DNA of 64,000 bases, taken from NCBI GenBank assembly GCA_963771075.1, contig CAVYSE010000017.1, forward strand, positions 104,021 to 168,020, read 5' to 3'. Positions 1-9,144 of this stretch are shown here, piece after piece (within the stretch, counting starts at the first letter, position 1; every line of letters starts with the position of its first letter). Position numbers and translations under genes: made by a program. The DNA is from a candidate division FCPU426 bacterium (GTDB taxonomy: Bacteria; Oederibacteriota; Muellerivitia; Muellerivitales; Muellerivitaceae). Under the pieces are notes generated by a model. The model saw only the letters and a program-made list of their open reading frames with translations. It searched no databases and was not told the DNA's origin.

Positions 1-1071
1 AGCCAAGCGGGAAAAATAATCGCGCAGAACGGGGACGCTTACGACTATTGCCTGACCAAACGGTACTTTTACCACAATACCGTCAAATTCCTAAGTTATG
101 GGTTGAAAGATCACGTCAAGCTTTTTACCCTGCCCGAAGGACTGGCACCCCTGCAAGCCAACGCCAATAGGGGCCTGCTCTTCATCCTCATGAATGAGCA
201 AAAAGGGCTCGCCCAAAACATTCAATCCCTCTACCCTCACAGCCAGTTTGAGCCGGTCCCGAACCCCAATGGCAACCCCCTGGTTTATTGTGTCCGGGTG
301 CCTGCCAGTGACGTGGCCCAAGCCAAGGGACTTTTCATGCAAACTTCGACTGGCATCACCACTCAATTGCCTGCATTTCCGGAGGGCCTGCCTTCCGGGC
401 CATTCAAGGCTTCCTTACGTGGGACGGTCTATCTGGATCGCACCGCGGTTTACTCCTTTGAAGCGAAGTCCAATGCCTCCGTTTCCTGGTCCATCGGAAC
501 CCATAAGATCCGGTCGGGGCAAACCTTGAGTTTTGCGAAAGGGTTTTACCGGGTCGAGATCAATTTGAACGCGTCCAATGCGGGACCCGTTTCCCTCCAA
601 TTGCTTTCGAAAGCGGGGATTGAATCTCCCGTCGGGCTTGGCAACGACCGTTTCACCACGCTGGACATGGCGAGAGGTTTGAAAGGCTCCTACTTCGACC
701 AAGATAGCGTCGTGGGTGTTCCCCTAGTACAACAATGGGATCCTTTCCTTAACTTTTACGACAGCTCCGACTTCCCCTACCTGAACACGAGGGAATCCAT
801 CCTGTGGGAGGGCCAATTGAACGCTCCCACCACCGGACTCTACAAGTTCCTCGCCCGAACTGATGAATACACGAAAGTTCTCATCGACGGGAAAATCGTT
901 GTCCCTTGGAGTCGTGGCCCCTCCGGGTCTTCTTTCTTAAAGGCTGGCCCCCATCATTTTCAGGTCGTTTTCCAGAAAATTTTGGGTCCCAGTTTGACCT
1001 TATGTTGGACGCCGCCCGGTTCCAAGGATATGGAAGTCATCCCTAACCGTTATTTTGGGTACACCGACTGA
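1..1071 (+). CDS. 5'-truncated GT-C-associated protein; visible part is the soluble region with PA14-like domain(s); paralog of 1124..3763
   Basis: Frame is open from base 1 (SQAGKIIAQNGDAYDYC...). It aligns by eye with the C-terminal third of the next ORF (FPEGLPSGPF vs FPLGLPAGPF; RGLKGSYF vs RGLKGYWY; QKILGPSLTLCW vs KNLGPSFTLVW). PA14-like pattern WEGQLNAPTTGLYKF..TDE...IDG. Confidence 0.8.
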   Translation, partial: SQAGKIIAQNGDAYDYCLTKRYFYHNTVKFLSYGLKDHVKLFTLPEGLAPLQANANRGLLFILMNEQKGLAQNIQSLYPHSQFEPVPNPNGNPLVYCVRVPASDVAQAKGLFMQTSTGITTQLPAFPEGLPSGPFKASLRGTVYLDRTAVYSFEAKSNASVSWSIGTHKIRSGQTLSFAKGFYRVEINLNASNAGPVSLQLLSKAGIESPVGLGNDRFTTLDMARGLKGSYFDQDSVVGVPLVQQWDPFLNFYDSSDFPYLNTRESILWEGQLNAPTTGLYKFLARTDEYTKVLIDGKIVVPWSRGPSGSSFLKAGPHHFQVVFQKILGPSLTLCWTPPGSKDMEVIPNRYFGYTD

Positions 1072-1123
1072 TTCAAGCAAATCGCCGGAACCTATGCCGT
1101 AATTCTTATCAAGGAGACACTGA

Positions 1124-3763
1124 ATGTTTTCAAAAATCTTGAGCCAAATTCTTCCACCCGCCCTTTTCGAGGCGTGGATGAAAAAAAGAGCCCCCAAAAA
1201 GGCCCCCCCCAGAACGGCCCGGGCTCAAAAGAAAAATACCATTCTCTCCCAGGCTAAAAAAACGACCTTGCCCCCCCCGCCTCCCTTCGGCATTATTCGA
1301 TTGATCCTTGCCGTCCTTTCTTTTGGTTTTGCCGCCCTGGGCCAGATGCAATGGATTCAAATATCCGATTATTCCACCATTGGACACGGGTGGCTTTGCT
1401 TTCTGGCATCCCTCGCGCTTATGACCGGAGCCTTGTGGCCATGGAACCGCGAGACACCAAAAATGGAGCTCTTTTCCGCCCCTTTGGAAATAATCCTTCT
1501 ACTGGGTGTTTTAGCGGTTGCCGCCTTTTTCCGCCTCCATCGTTTGAGTGAAATGCCCCCGGGGATCTACGTGGATCAAGGCTTCGCGGGTTTGGCGGGT
1601 CTTCGCATTCTTCACGAGGGCTGGAGACCCTTCTGGGTCGAGGAACCCATGCATTGCAGCGCCTATCTTTTTTATCTGTTGGCGGCCTGGTTTGCGGTGA
1701 TCAAAGCCTCCAAAGTCACGCTTCTTCTTTTTTTCGTTATGATTTCCCTCGGCACCCTGCCCCTCATTTATTGGACCTTCCGCCAGTTGGCCGGACCGCG
1801 GGCTGCCCTTTTGGGCTTGTACATCCTCGCAGTCATGCGATGGAACGTGAATTTCAGCCGTAACGGCTTTCCGACCATTCAAGTCCCCTTCTATATGTTT
1901 GGCACGTCGGCTTTTCTCCTCTATGGGCTTCGAACGAAAAAAAGGTGGCCCTTCATTGTTTCAGCCGTATTTATGGGGTTGGGTTTTTACACATACCAAG
2001 CCTTCAAGATTTTCCCTGTGCTTTTGGTCGTTTGGGGACTTTATATTTGGTTCACGAACCGGGAAATAATCCGACAAAATCTACGCCATCTGGTCTTCTT
2101 CCTGGCAGTTTTTGCCGGGTTACTTTTGCCGTTTCTTTGGGTTTCTTACCAAAACAAGAATCTCGGACTGCGGGAAACCTACTTGAATATTTTTTCCACC
2201 GTCCAGTCAGCCCATAGTTTGGAGCCGGTCATCAATATGGTTTGCCGTACCGCGCGGATGTTCAACCGCGAGGGAGATTGGATTGAGCGCCATAATCTCC
2301 CCAACTACCGAATGTTGGATGACGTAACGGGCGCCCTTTTCGTTCTCGGATTTTTATTCGCTCTTTTTCATATCCGCAAGAGAAATTATTACTTCGCTAT
2401 TTCGGGTTTCCTTGTGATGTGCTTGCCCTGCCTGTTATCCCAGGATGCGGCACACGCCAACCGCATGCTGGGAACCACGCCTTTCTTGGCCTTGCTCGCC
2501 GCCATCCCCTTGTTGGAAGTTTGGTCTCGGGTGAGGAACCGATGGGGTGCCCTTGGGGAAACTTTATTCATCATCATTCTTTTGGAGCCCCTTTTTCTAA
2601 TGGGATACCAAAATTTCCAGGTCTTTTTCGGCCCCCAGCTCAACAATAACGGGATGTGGACCACCTCCGTTTGGGCAGGATTTTCCGTGTCCGAAACCAA
2701 GGTCGGAGAGAAGGTCGCCAAGGAAGGCGCCCATAACGATTGCTACCTGCCAGGGAGATTTTACGGATTTTCCAGCACTAGCTTCTTGGGTTATGACTAC
2801 CAGTCCAAGGTTCGTCAAACGAAATGGCCCCGCGATCTCGCTCCCTTCCAAACCACCGAAGCAGGGCGTGGAATTTGTTATGTTCTGACCAAGGAGCAAG
2901 AGGGTGTTTTAGGGGTATTAAAATCCCTTTATCCCCTGGGCAGGGAGGAAAAAGAAAGAGATTTGGAGGGGAATCCGATCGCGATTTATTTAACCATCTC
3001 GGAAAAGGAAATTCGGGAAGCTCACGGTCTCGACGGGGTGGTGAATGGCGTGCCCGGCCATTATGCCGACTTTCCCTTAGGCCTTCCCGCCGGGCCCTTC
3101 CACGGGATTTTCAAAGGCACCTTATTTGTGGATGGTTTTGGAAAATTTCAAGGTTCGTCCGAAACCAAGGGAAAAATTTCGTGGAAAATCGGAGGCCACA
3201 CCCTATTGCCCAATAAGCCGGTGGAATTGGCGCAGGGTTTTTATACCGTGGAAATCCATTGGGACGCTCCGGCGGGGCCGCCCGATTTGAAACTTTACCT
3301 TACCAATGAGCTGGGAAAAAACCTGCCTCTCAACCCGAGTTGCCTGACCACCTTGCCGTTGAACCGGGGCCTGAAAGGTTATTGGTACGGAGCCGGAAAC
3401 GGCCCCACCCATCCCGCATTGATCCAATGGACCCCCATCCTCAATTATCCCGTCGGGGAAGATTTCCCCTATACCACCTCGGACCTATCCATCCAATGGG
3501 ATGGAGTTCTCCTTGCGCCCGACACGGGAGATTATGCCTTCCGCGTAATCACGGATGAGTTTGGGAAGGTTGTGGTAGATGGCAAACCCCTATTCGAGCT
3601 GGGTAAAAACCAAACGGGGCTTATCCATCTGCTCAAAGGGCGGCATACCTTCCAAGTGCAGTTCCGGAAGAACCTGGGGCCCTCCTTCACCTTGGTATGG
3701 AAGAAGCCCAAGAGCGAGGTGTTTGAGCCAATACCCCTGGAAGATTTCGGGGAAACACATTAA
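1124..3763 (+). CDS. ArnT/PMT-like (GT-C fold) membrane glycosyltransferase with C-terminal PA14-like domain(s)
   Basis: AAGGAG RBS upstream; many TM helices; RLHRL..PPGIYVDQ loop; FSRNGFPT and YTYQAF segments typical of this family; PA14-like C-terminus (WDGVLLAPDTGDYAFRV.TDE.G.VVVDG). Confidence 0.85.
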   Translation: MFSKILSQILPPALFEAWMKKRAPKKAPPRTARAQKKNTILSQAKKTTLPPPPPFGIIRLILAVLSFGFAALGQMQWIQISDYSTIGHGWLCFLASLALMTGALWPWNRETPKMELFSAPLEIILLLGVLAVAAFFRLHRLSEMPPGIYVDQGFAGLAGLRILHEGWRPFWVEEPMHCSAYLFYLLAAWFAVIKASKVTLLLFFVMISLGTLPLIYWTFRQLAGPRAALLGLYILAVMRWNVNFSRNGFPTIQVPFYMFGTSAFLLYGLRTKKRWPFIVSAVFMGLGFYTYQAFKIFPVLLVVWGLYIWFTNREIIRQNLRHLVFFLAVFAGLLLPFLWVSYQNKNLGLRETYLNIFSTVQSAHSLEPVINMVCRTARMFNREGDWIERHNLPNYRMLDDVTGALFVLGFLFALFHIRKRNYYFAISGFLVMCLPCLLSQDAAHANRMLGTTPFLALLAAIPLLEVWSRVRNRWGALGETLFIIILLEPLFLMGYQNFQVFFGPQLNNNGMWTTSVWAGFSVSETKVGEKVAKEGAHNDCYLPGRFYGFSSTSFLGYDYQSKVRQTKWPRDLAPFQTTEAGRGICYVLTKEQEGVLGVLKSLYPLGREEKERDLEGNPIAIYLTISEKEIREAHGLDGVVNGVPGHYADFPLGLPAGPFHGIFKGTLFVDGFGKFQGSSETKGKISWKIGGHTLLPNKPVELAQGFYTVEIHWDAPAGPPDLKLYLTNELGKNLPLNPSCLTTLPLNRGLKGYWYGAGNGPTHPALIQWTPILNYPVGEDFPYTTSDLSIQWDGVLLAPDTGDYAFRVITDEFGKVVVDGKPLFELGKNQTGLIHLLKGRHTFQVQFRKNLGPSFTLVWKKPKSEVFEPIPLEDFGETH

Positions 3764-3782
3764 TTCGTTAAACAATAATTAT

Positions 3783-3819
3783 AAAAAAAGGGGGGGAGCC
3801 TGAGCTCCCCCCTTTTTTT
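3783..3819. terminator. Bidirectional rho-independent terminator
   Basis: A-run, GGGGGGAGC-ctga-GCTCCCCCC stem, T-run; lies between convergent genes. Confidence 0.85.
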
Positions 3820-3863
3820 ATTAAACCAACCTTTCGGGACTATTCTAAGTCCCTTGCTACCAT

Positions 3864-4868
3864 TTATTTAGTTTGGGGCATGATCACCTTGATCATGTAA
3901 ACCGAATCCGCTTCCGCCACAAGAAGTGTTCCATCGGAAGCGAAATTAATTCCACGGGGAGCATTAAATATGACCGCCCCTTTCGCATCCTTCAGGTCGC
4001 CTTGGTATTTGCCTTCCGAATTATAAACCTTAATGAACCCTCCACCCTCACCCGAAGCTACATAGAGGTTCCCTTGGCCGTCCACGGCCACATTGTTCGG
4101 ACGGGCATCAAACTTGATGATTCGTTGGACCTTTCCTGCCCCGTTGAGGAACTTTACCCGTAGATTGTCGTAATCAGGCGCGTAAAAGTTTCCCTTGCCA
4201 TCCGGAACCACTTCATAGACGTTATTGAAACAATCCTTACAATTTCCAGGCATGCCCCACTTTTCAAGCATCTCCCCCGTGGAGGATACCTTAATGATTT
4301 TCTGACCGCCGGTGTCGGCGACATAAAAATTGGTTCCGTCCCAATAGGCCCCCCGGGGCACGTAACAATTCATGGGAGCCAAGCTGATATTTTGGATATT
4401 CTTTCCCGTCACGTCGTAAACCCGGATGCTATTACTTCCGTTGTCCACCACGGTGATTTCGCCCTTGTCATTGGCGGATATATCGGCGAAGCCCACCTTG
4501 TCTTGCGGAGTATTTCCCTGGGCCTCCCCGATGCTCTTAAGGAAATCACCCGTCCGGTTGAAAAGCAGGATCCGGCGTACCTTTCGGTCGGTGACCACAA
4601 ACTTGTCCGATCCTATCGCTGCTACATCCTCAGGCTCGAATTCACCACAGGTTTTCCCCAGGCCGGTAACCTGGCCCACCACCTGGGCCTCGATGTCCTT
4701 TTTGACGTCGGTTCTGAAGAAGAAATAGTTAAAGGCGATAAATAACACGGCGTAGACAATGACTCCAAAAAGAATGAGTCCTTTGTGCCGGGAAATCTTT
4801 GCGGCCCAACCTTCTTTCTTACCCTTGGCCTTGGCGGTTTTCACCGGTACTTTCTTCTTGGCAACCAT
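3864..4868 (-). CDS. Membrane-anchored NHL-repeat beta-propeller protein
   Basis: GGAGG RBS before the ATG at 4868; Lys-rich N-terminus followed by one TM; NHL blades (FYVADTGGQKI, VAVDGQGNLYV, PRGINFASDG). Confidence 0.85.
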   Translation of the reverse strand: MVAKKKVPVKTAKAKGKKEGWAAKISRHKGLILFGVIVYAVLFIAFNYFFFRTDVKKDIEAQVVGQVTGLGKTCGEFEPEDVAAIGSDKFVVTDRKVRRILLFNRTGDFLKSIGEAQGNTPQDKVGFADISANDKGEITVVDNGSNSIRVYDVTGKNIQNISLAPMNCYVPRGAYWDGTNFYVADTGGQKIIKVSSTGEMLEKWGMPGNCKDCFNNVYEVVPDGKGNFYAPDYDNLRVKFLNGAGKVQRIIKFDARPNNVAVDGQGNLYVASGEGGGFIKVYNSEGKYQGDLKDAKGAVIFNAPRGINFASDGTLLVAEADSVYMIKVIMPQTK

Positions 4869-4949
4869 ATCTTCCTCCCTAACCCTGGCTTGATAATCCC
4901 TCATAAACAGAAAGTCATCTTAAACCAACCCTTTAAAAACACGCAAGAA

Positions 4950-5702
4950 TTAAACCCGTTCCCGGCCGGAAACCCGCTTAGAACCTGAGGAAGGAAATGG
5001 CTCCAACCGAAGCCAAAGGGCTCGGCCTAGGTATTTGAGCAGCGTGGCCAATCCGAGTTTAGACTGGCCTTGGGTCCGGTCGATGAACTCGATTGGGAAC
5101 TCCTTTACTCTTAGGCCCGCGCGGTAACAACGGTAAAGGATTTCGGAAACGGTAAAGGGGTCTCGGGCCTTCAAGGTTTCGACCCTTATGGCCCTCAGGG
5201 CCTCCCGGGTGAAGGCCCGGTAACCCGATGTTGGATCCTTCGCCCGAAGCCCGAGAACGGACTTGAGATAATATCGTGCGAAATTGCTAGTGAGCTGGCG
5301 GTAAAGGGGACGCTCCACATCTCGCCCTCCCTGAATGTAACGGCTACCCAAAACCACATCCGCCTCGCCCTTTTCCAGGGCCTTGGCCAGTTGGGGTATA
5401 TATTTGGGTTGATGGGATAGGTCCCCGTCCATTTCCACAACAATTTCTGCTCCCATGGCCAGCGCCTTCACAAAGCCATCTCGGCCTGCCCAACCGCGCC
5501 CCTTGACCGACCGGTCCCGAAGCAACAAGTGCAGTTTTTTGTCTCTTTTTCCAAGTTTTAGGACCTCGTCATAGGTCCCGTCGGGTGAAGTGTCATCCAC
5601 AATGAGGATTCGAGCCTGGGGCACGAATTTGTGAAGTAGTTGGATTAACTGTTTGATATTGGCTCGTTCGTTATAGGTGGGAACCATCACAACCGTTTTC
5701 AA
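4950..5702 (-). CDS. Polyprenol-phosphate mannose synthase-like GT2 (DPM1/Ppm1 family)
   Basis: PTYNERANI, VDDTSPDGT, MDGDLSHQP, VLGSRY and DPTSGYRAF motifs; no TM tail. Confidence 0.85.
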   Translation of the reverse strand: MKTVVMVPTYNERANIKQLIQLLHKFVPQARILIVDDTSPDGTYDEVLKLGKRDKKLHLLLRDRSVKGRGWAGRDGFVKALAMGAEIVVEMDGDLSHQPKYIPQLAKALEKGEADVVLGSRYIQGGRDVERPLYRQLTSNFARYYLKSVLGLRAKDPTSGYRAFTREALRAIRVETLKARDPFTVSEILYRCYRAGLRVKEFPIEFIDRTQGQSKLGLATLLKYLGRALWLRLEPFPSSGSKRVSGRERV

Positions 5703-5863
5703 ACGATCAAATCTCCCGAATAAATGTTGATCTCCCCGGACAAGTCCAGGGCTCTTAAATCAAAAATCAAGCTTCGATTTCATGCCTTTTGAATGGACAC
5801 CCTTCATCCTCGACCAATGCCGGAGATTACAGATCAAGTGACCAAGAAATTTGGATTCAAAGT

Positions 5864-6991
5864 TTAGCGAGCGAGTAGAACCTGTCTTTCGACTGCGGCC
5901 AGCATATCCTTTTCCTTCAAGTTGTCCATACAGGAAATCTTCGCGGTACATTGGTTCTGGTAATAGCATTGGCAGGGGCTCTTGGGAAGGACCTTTTCCC
6001 CCATTCCGTAAAGATCGATTTCCGAGTCGGAAGTGGGTCCAAAATAGGAAACCAGCCTCTTGCCCAAGGCCACTGCCACATGAAGGGCCATCGTATCTCC
6101 CGTCACCATGACCTGGCAGAGATCCACGAGGGAAGCGAATTGGCGTAGGTTGTTTTCTGTACCCGTGGGAATTACCAAACCCTTGAGACTCCTGGCGAGG
6201 GATGGCATCAAGTCCCTTTCCTCCGGCCCCCCGTAAAGCAGAACCCCGGTATGAGGTTGTTTTTTTCTCAGTTGGCGGGCCAGCCAGGCAAACCCATCCA
6301 AACGCCAGCGTTTCATGGGCCATCGGCCTCCTGACCCGATGTTGAATCCGACTATCTTTTTAAACTTGGAAAGTTTGTTTTTGGAAGAAAAGCCTTTGGC
6401 CCATTCCTTTTCCATAGCGGTCAATATCAACTGGGGTTTCTCCCCCCCATACTTAAGGCCCGCCAGTTGGAATAGGTGGGATTGGTAAGTCCGTTGGTTC
6501 GCCCGCTTGACCGTGTCAAAAATGCCCATTTCAAACCACTGTTGCGTTTCTTTTCCCAAGGGAATGACGACTCCCTCCCGGGAGAGGCCGAACCCCTTTT
6601 TCGCCGAACTATTCGCCAAGCAAAGGATTCCCGCCGCCTTTCGGCCCATATCAAAGTTGAAGGCCTGGTCAAAAAAAGTGGAAGCCAGGATTCCTGTCAG
6701 GCCGGCATCCACTCCAAGAAGAACATCGATATAGGGGTTCTTTTCTAAAAGGGGTTTGGAGGAAGGTTCGGTGACCCACCATATGACCGTATTTTTTTTC
6801 TTGGCCTTCAGGGCGGGCAGCAGGGATGTTGAGCGGAGAACATCGCCAGCCGCATCCAGCTTGATGATCAAAACGCGGTACTGCACCGCCTCAAAGCGGG
6901 GGCAATCTCTGCAAACCACCCCTTCTTTCTTATGGGGTAGGCAAGGTTTTTCCCCGGTGAAATGCCGGCAGTTGGATCGGAAAAAAAGCAT
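5864..6991 (-). CDS. Glycosyltransferase family 9 (heptosyltransferase-like)
   Basis: IIKLDAAGDVLRST, KRW, VTGDTMALHVAVALG and FGPT motifs. Confidence 0.85.
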   Translation of the reverse strand: MLFFRSNCRHFTGEKPCLPHKKEGVVCRDCPRFEAVQYRVLIIKLDAAGDVLRSTSLLPALKAKKKNTVIWWVTEPSSKPLLEKNPYIDVLLGVDAGLTGILASTFFDQAFNFDMGRKAAGILCLANSSAKKGFGLSREGVVIPLGKETQQWFEMGIFDTVKRANQRTYQSHLFQLAGLKYGGEKPQLILTAMEKEWAKGFSSKNKLSKFKKIVGFNIGSGGRWPMKRWRLDGFAWLARQLRKKQPHTGVLLYGGPEERDLMPSLARSLKGLVIPTGTENNLRQFASLVDLCQVMVTGDTMALHVAVALGKRLVSYFGPTSDSEIDLYGMGEKVLPKSPCQCYYQNQCTAKISCMDNLKEKDMLAAVERQVLLAR

Positions 6992-7031
6992 GGTTTTATC
7001 GGTTCCTTAGGTTTGAGACAGACAAGGCAGG

Positions 7032-7037
7032 ATTATA
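7032..7037 (-). promoter_or_regulatory. Putative sigma70 -10 element for the GT9 gene
   Basis: ggTATAAT about 40 bp upstream of the start; TATAAT preceded by G-rich bases also occurs upstream of rpoN and the nuclease gene. Confidence 0.4.
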
Positions 7038-7057
7038 CCTTGGCCCTTCCATACCCT

Positions 7058-8131
7058 CTAGTGATTTACCTTTTGGGCGGCCGCGTAAAGCAAAAGGCCG
7101 TTGACAACCCCTATGCTTTTCAATTCAAAGCCCGCTTTTTGAAGAGCCTCACCCAGCCGACGCCGGGTAAAATGGTGGATATGACCGCAGCGGTAGCGGT
7201 GGTATCGGCTTCCCCGCAAATATCCCATATAGAGACAGTTCAAATTAAACAGGATAAAAAAGGGGCCTAAGAAATAATCATAAGGAACCGTGATCAGAAA
7301 GGTCCCCTCCTTCTTGAGAACCCTGTTAACTTCCGCCAGGACCGCCTCCAAGTTAAACAGGTGCTCCAACACTTCACTCATCAATACCAGATCTAGGCTT
7401 TGGGGTTTTAAACCGGTCATGGAAAGGTCGGCGCATACCTTATAATCCTCTAGCCTTCCCTGCCGTTTGGCGAATTGGAGCATTTTGGAATTGATATCCA
7501 CCCCAAAAACCGGCAGGTGCTGGGTGTTCCAAAAGCAATTGCCACAGCCCAAGTCGGCCATCTTCATGCCTTTTTTGTAATAGGCACCGACATGGGAATT
7601 GAGCCGCTCGTACCGGGAACGATGGTACCAGGCCCGGAAACGGCTGACCCTGGCCTCGTCGGTCATCCCATCATAGTAATCCTCATCCATTTCTCGGTAT
7701 TCCACCTGCGCCATTCGGGCCGAACTGAAAGTGGAGATGCGATTCAAAAGGGCGTTGGATAAGGCCAAAAGGAAAAGGCAGGAGATAAGGGAGACGAGAA
7801 AGGGCCATTGGAGAGTTCTCATCAAAAACCATAGGAGCATGGAGCTTCCCGCCGAGACACAGAGGCTCATGGCGAGATGGACTGGAAGGGAGGTACGCAT
7901 CCTGATCTCTTGATTCACGTAAACAACACGGTAATAAACGAAATGGAAAGCCTGATTGAGGAATGTTCCCAGGAAAAAGGAGATGAAAGGGGACCAGGCA
8001 TTGGAGGTGAAAATGAAAAGGCCGATCCAAACGGTTCCCAGATTGACCCCTAGGCCTAAAAAACCGCCCAGCAGGAATATTAGGACAGCGGGATAGCGCC
8101 AACGGTGAACAACCTTGTGCTCCGGCATCAT
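7058..8131 (-). CDS. GtrA-like membrane domain fused to a class I SAM methyltransferase
   Basis: About four N-terminal TM segments with a GtrA-like pattern (GLGVNLG...LNQAFHFVYYR); C-terminal ADLGCG, SEVLEHL and GHIHHFT motifs. Confidence 0.7.
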   Translation of the reverse strand: MMPEHKVVHRWRYPAVLIFLLGGFLGLGVNLGTVWIGLFIFTSNAWSPFISFFLGTFLNQAFHFVYYRVVYVNQEIRMRTSLPVHLAMSLCVSAGSSMLLWFLMRTLQWPFLVSLISCLFLLALSNALLNRISTFSSARMAQVEYREMDEDYYDGMTDEARVSRFRAWYHRSRYERLNSHVGAYYKKGMKMADLGCGNCFWNTQHLPVFGVDINSKMLQFAKRQGRLEDYKVCADLSMTGLKPQSLDLVLMSEVLEHLFNLEAVLAEVNRVLKKEGTFLITVPYDYFLGPFFILFNLNCLYMGYLRGSRYHRYRCGHIHHFTRRRLGEALQKAGFELKSIGVVNGLLLYAAAQKVNH

Positions 8132-8916
8132 TTAGCTTTTTTCGCTATTAGGAAATAGGCCACTCCCTTCTCGGTATGGGAAAAGAGGGCCCGGCGAACC
8201 AGTCCAGGGGCCAAGATCCGGGTGAAAATCCTGGGTGTGATAACCCATCGGCCGAGGAAAATCTTGAAAAATTTCGAGAGAAGGGCCGGAATCAACCAAC
8301 GCTCATAGGCATGAAAAGCGTCGATGGAGACAAAATACTCGGACTCCACCATTTTCAACCCCGCCTTCCTGAACCGAATTTCCCAGGTTTTCGCGTCATT
8401 CACATGGTAGTGCTTGAAAATTTTATTTAACCCGTCGATGTAACGCTTTTCCATTCCTCCCATTCCCAAAACTCGGGCAATTCCTCCGAAAAAGGAATGG
8501 GTGTTGTAACATTCGCTTGGGACCGTAATCATCAAACGCCCACCCGGCTTCATGACTCGGGCGATTTCCTTAAGGGCACCATCAATATCCGGAACATGCT
8601 CCAAAACGCAATTGCTGATGACGGTCTTGAAGCTCTTCGAAGGAAAGGGCATGCGGTTGACACTTCCGCAAATCGTCTTTTGGTAAGCCTGGCGCCTTTG
8701 GGCAAGCGCGACTTCCTTTTGATCCAAGTCGATCCCAGCCTCAAGGGGTTCACCAAACACAGTCTGGGCGAAAAACCCATCCCCGCACCCCACGTCTAAC
8801 ACTGGACCTAGTAGAGGTCTTCGGGCGAACTGCTCGCATTCGAGGGATCTCCAAAAAGAAAGGGCCACGGGGCAGGAAGAAAGATAAGCCTTAAAAAATT
8901 CATCGCGGGTTTTCAA
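8128..8916 (-). CDS. Class I SAM-dependent methyltransferase
   Basis: VLDVGCGDG, ISNCVLEHVPD and MKPGG motifs; overlaps the next gene. Confidence 0.85.
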   Translation of the reverse strand: MKTRDEFFKAYLSSCPVALSFWRSLECEQFARRPLLGPVLDVGCGDGFFAQTVFGEPLEAGIDLDQKEVALAQRRQAYQKTICGSVNRMPFPSKSFKTVISNCVLEHVPDIDGALKEIARVMKPGGRLMITVPSECYNTHSFFGGIARVLGMGGMEKRYIDGLNKIFKHYHVNDAKTWEIRFRKAGLKMVESEYFVSIDAFHAYERWLIPALLSKFFKIFLGRWVITPRIFTRILAPGLVRRALFSHTEKGVAYFLIAKKAK

Positions 8917-9144
8917 TCAAACCTTCTTTCAGGATTCCAGGAAAACGAACGGGAAGAATTAGCTTCAAAAGAATATCCTTTGAAAATATTGAAATCCAGT
9001 TGAATTTAGGCATTTTACACGCTCCCCTCCGTTTACCCCCTATTCGATCCAAGGTCCTGATCGGGTCTAAACCACAGTAAAGGGGATCAACAATTCTTTG
9101 AATGAAAATCCTCCCCTTTTTTCCCGAAAAATGGATTTCGGGGT

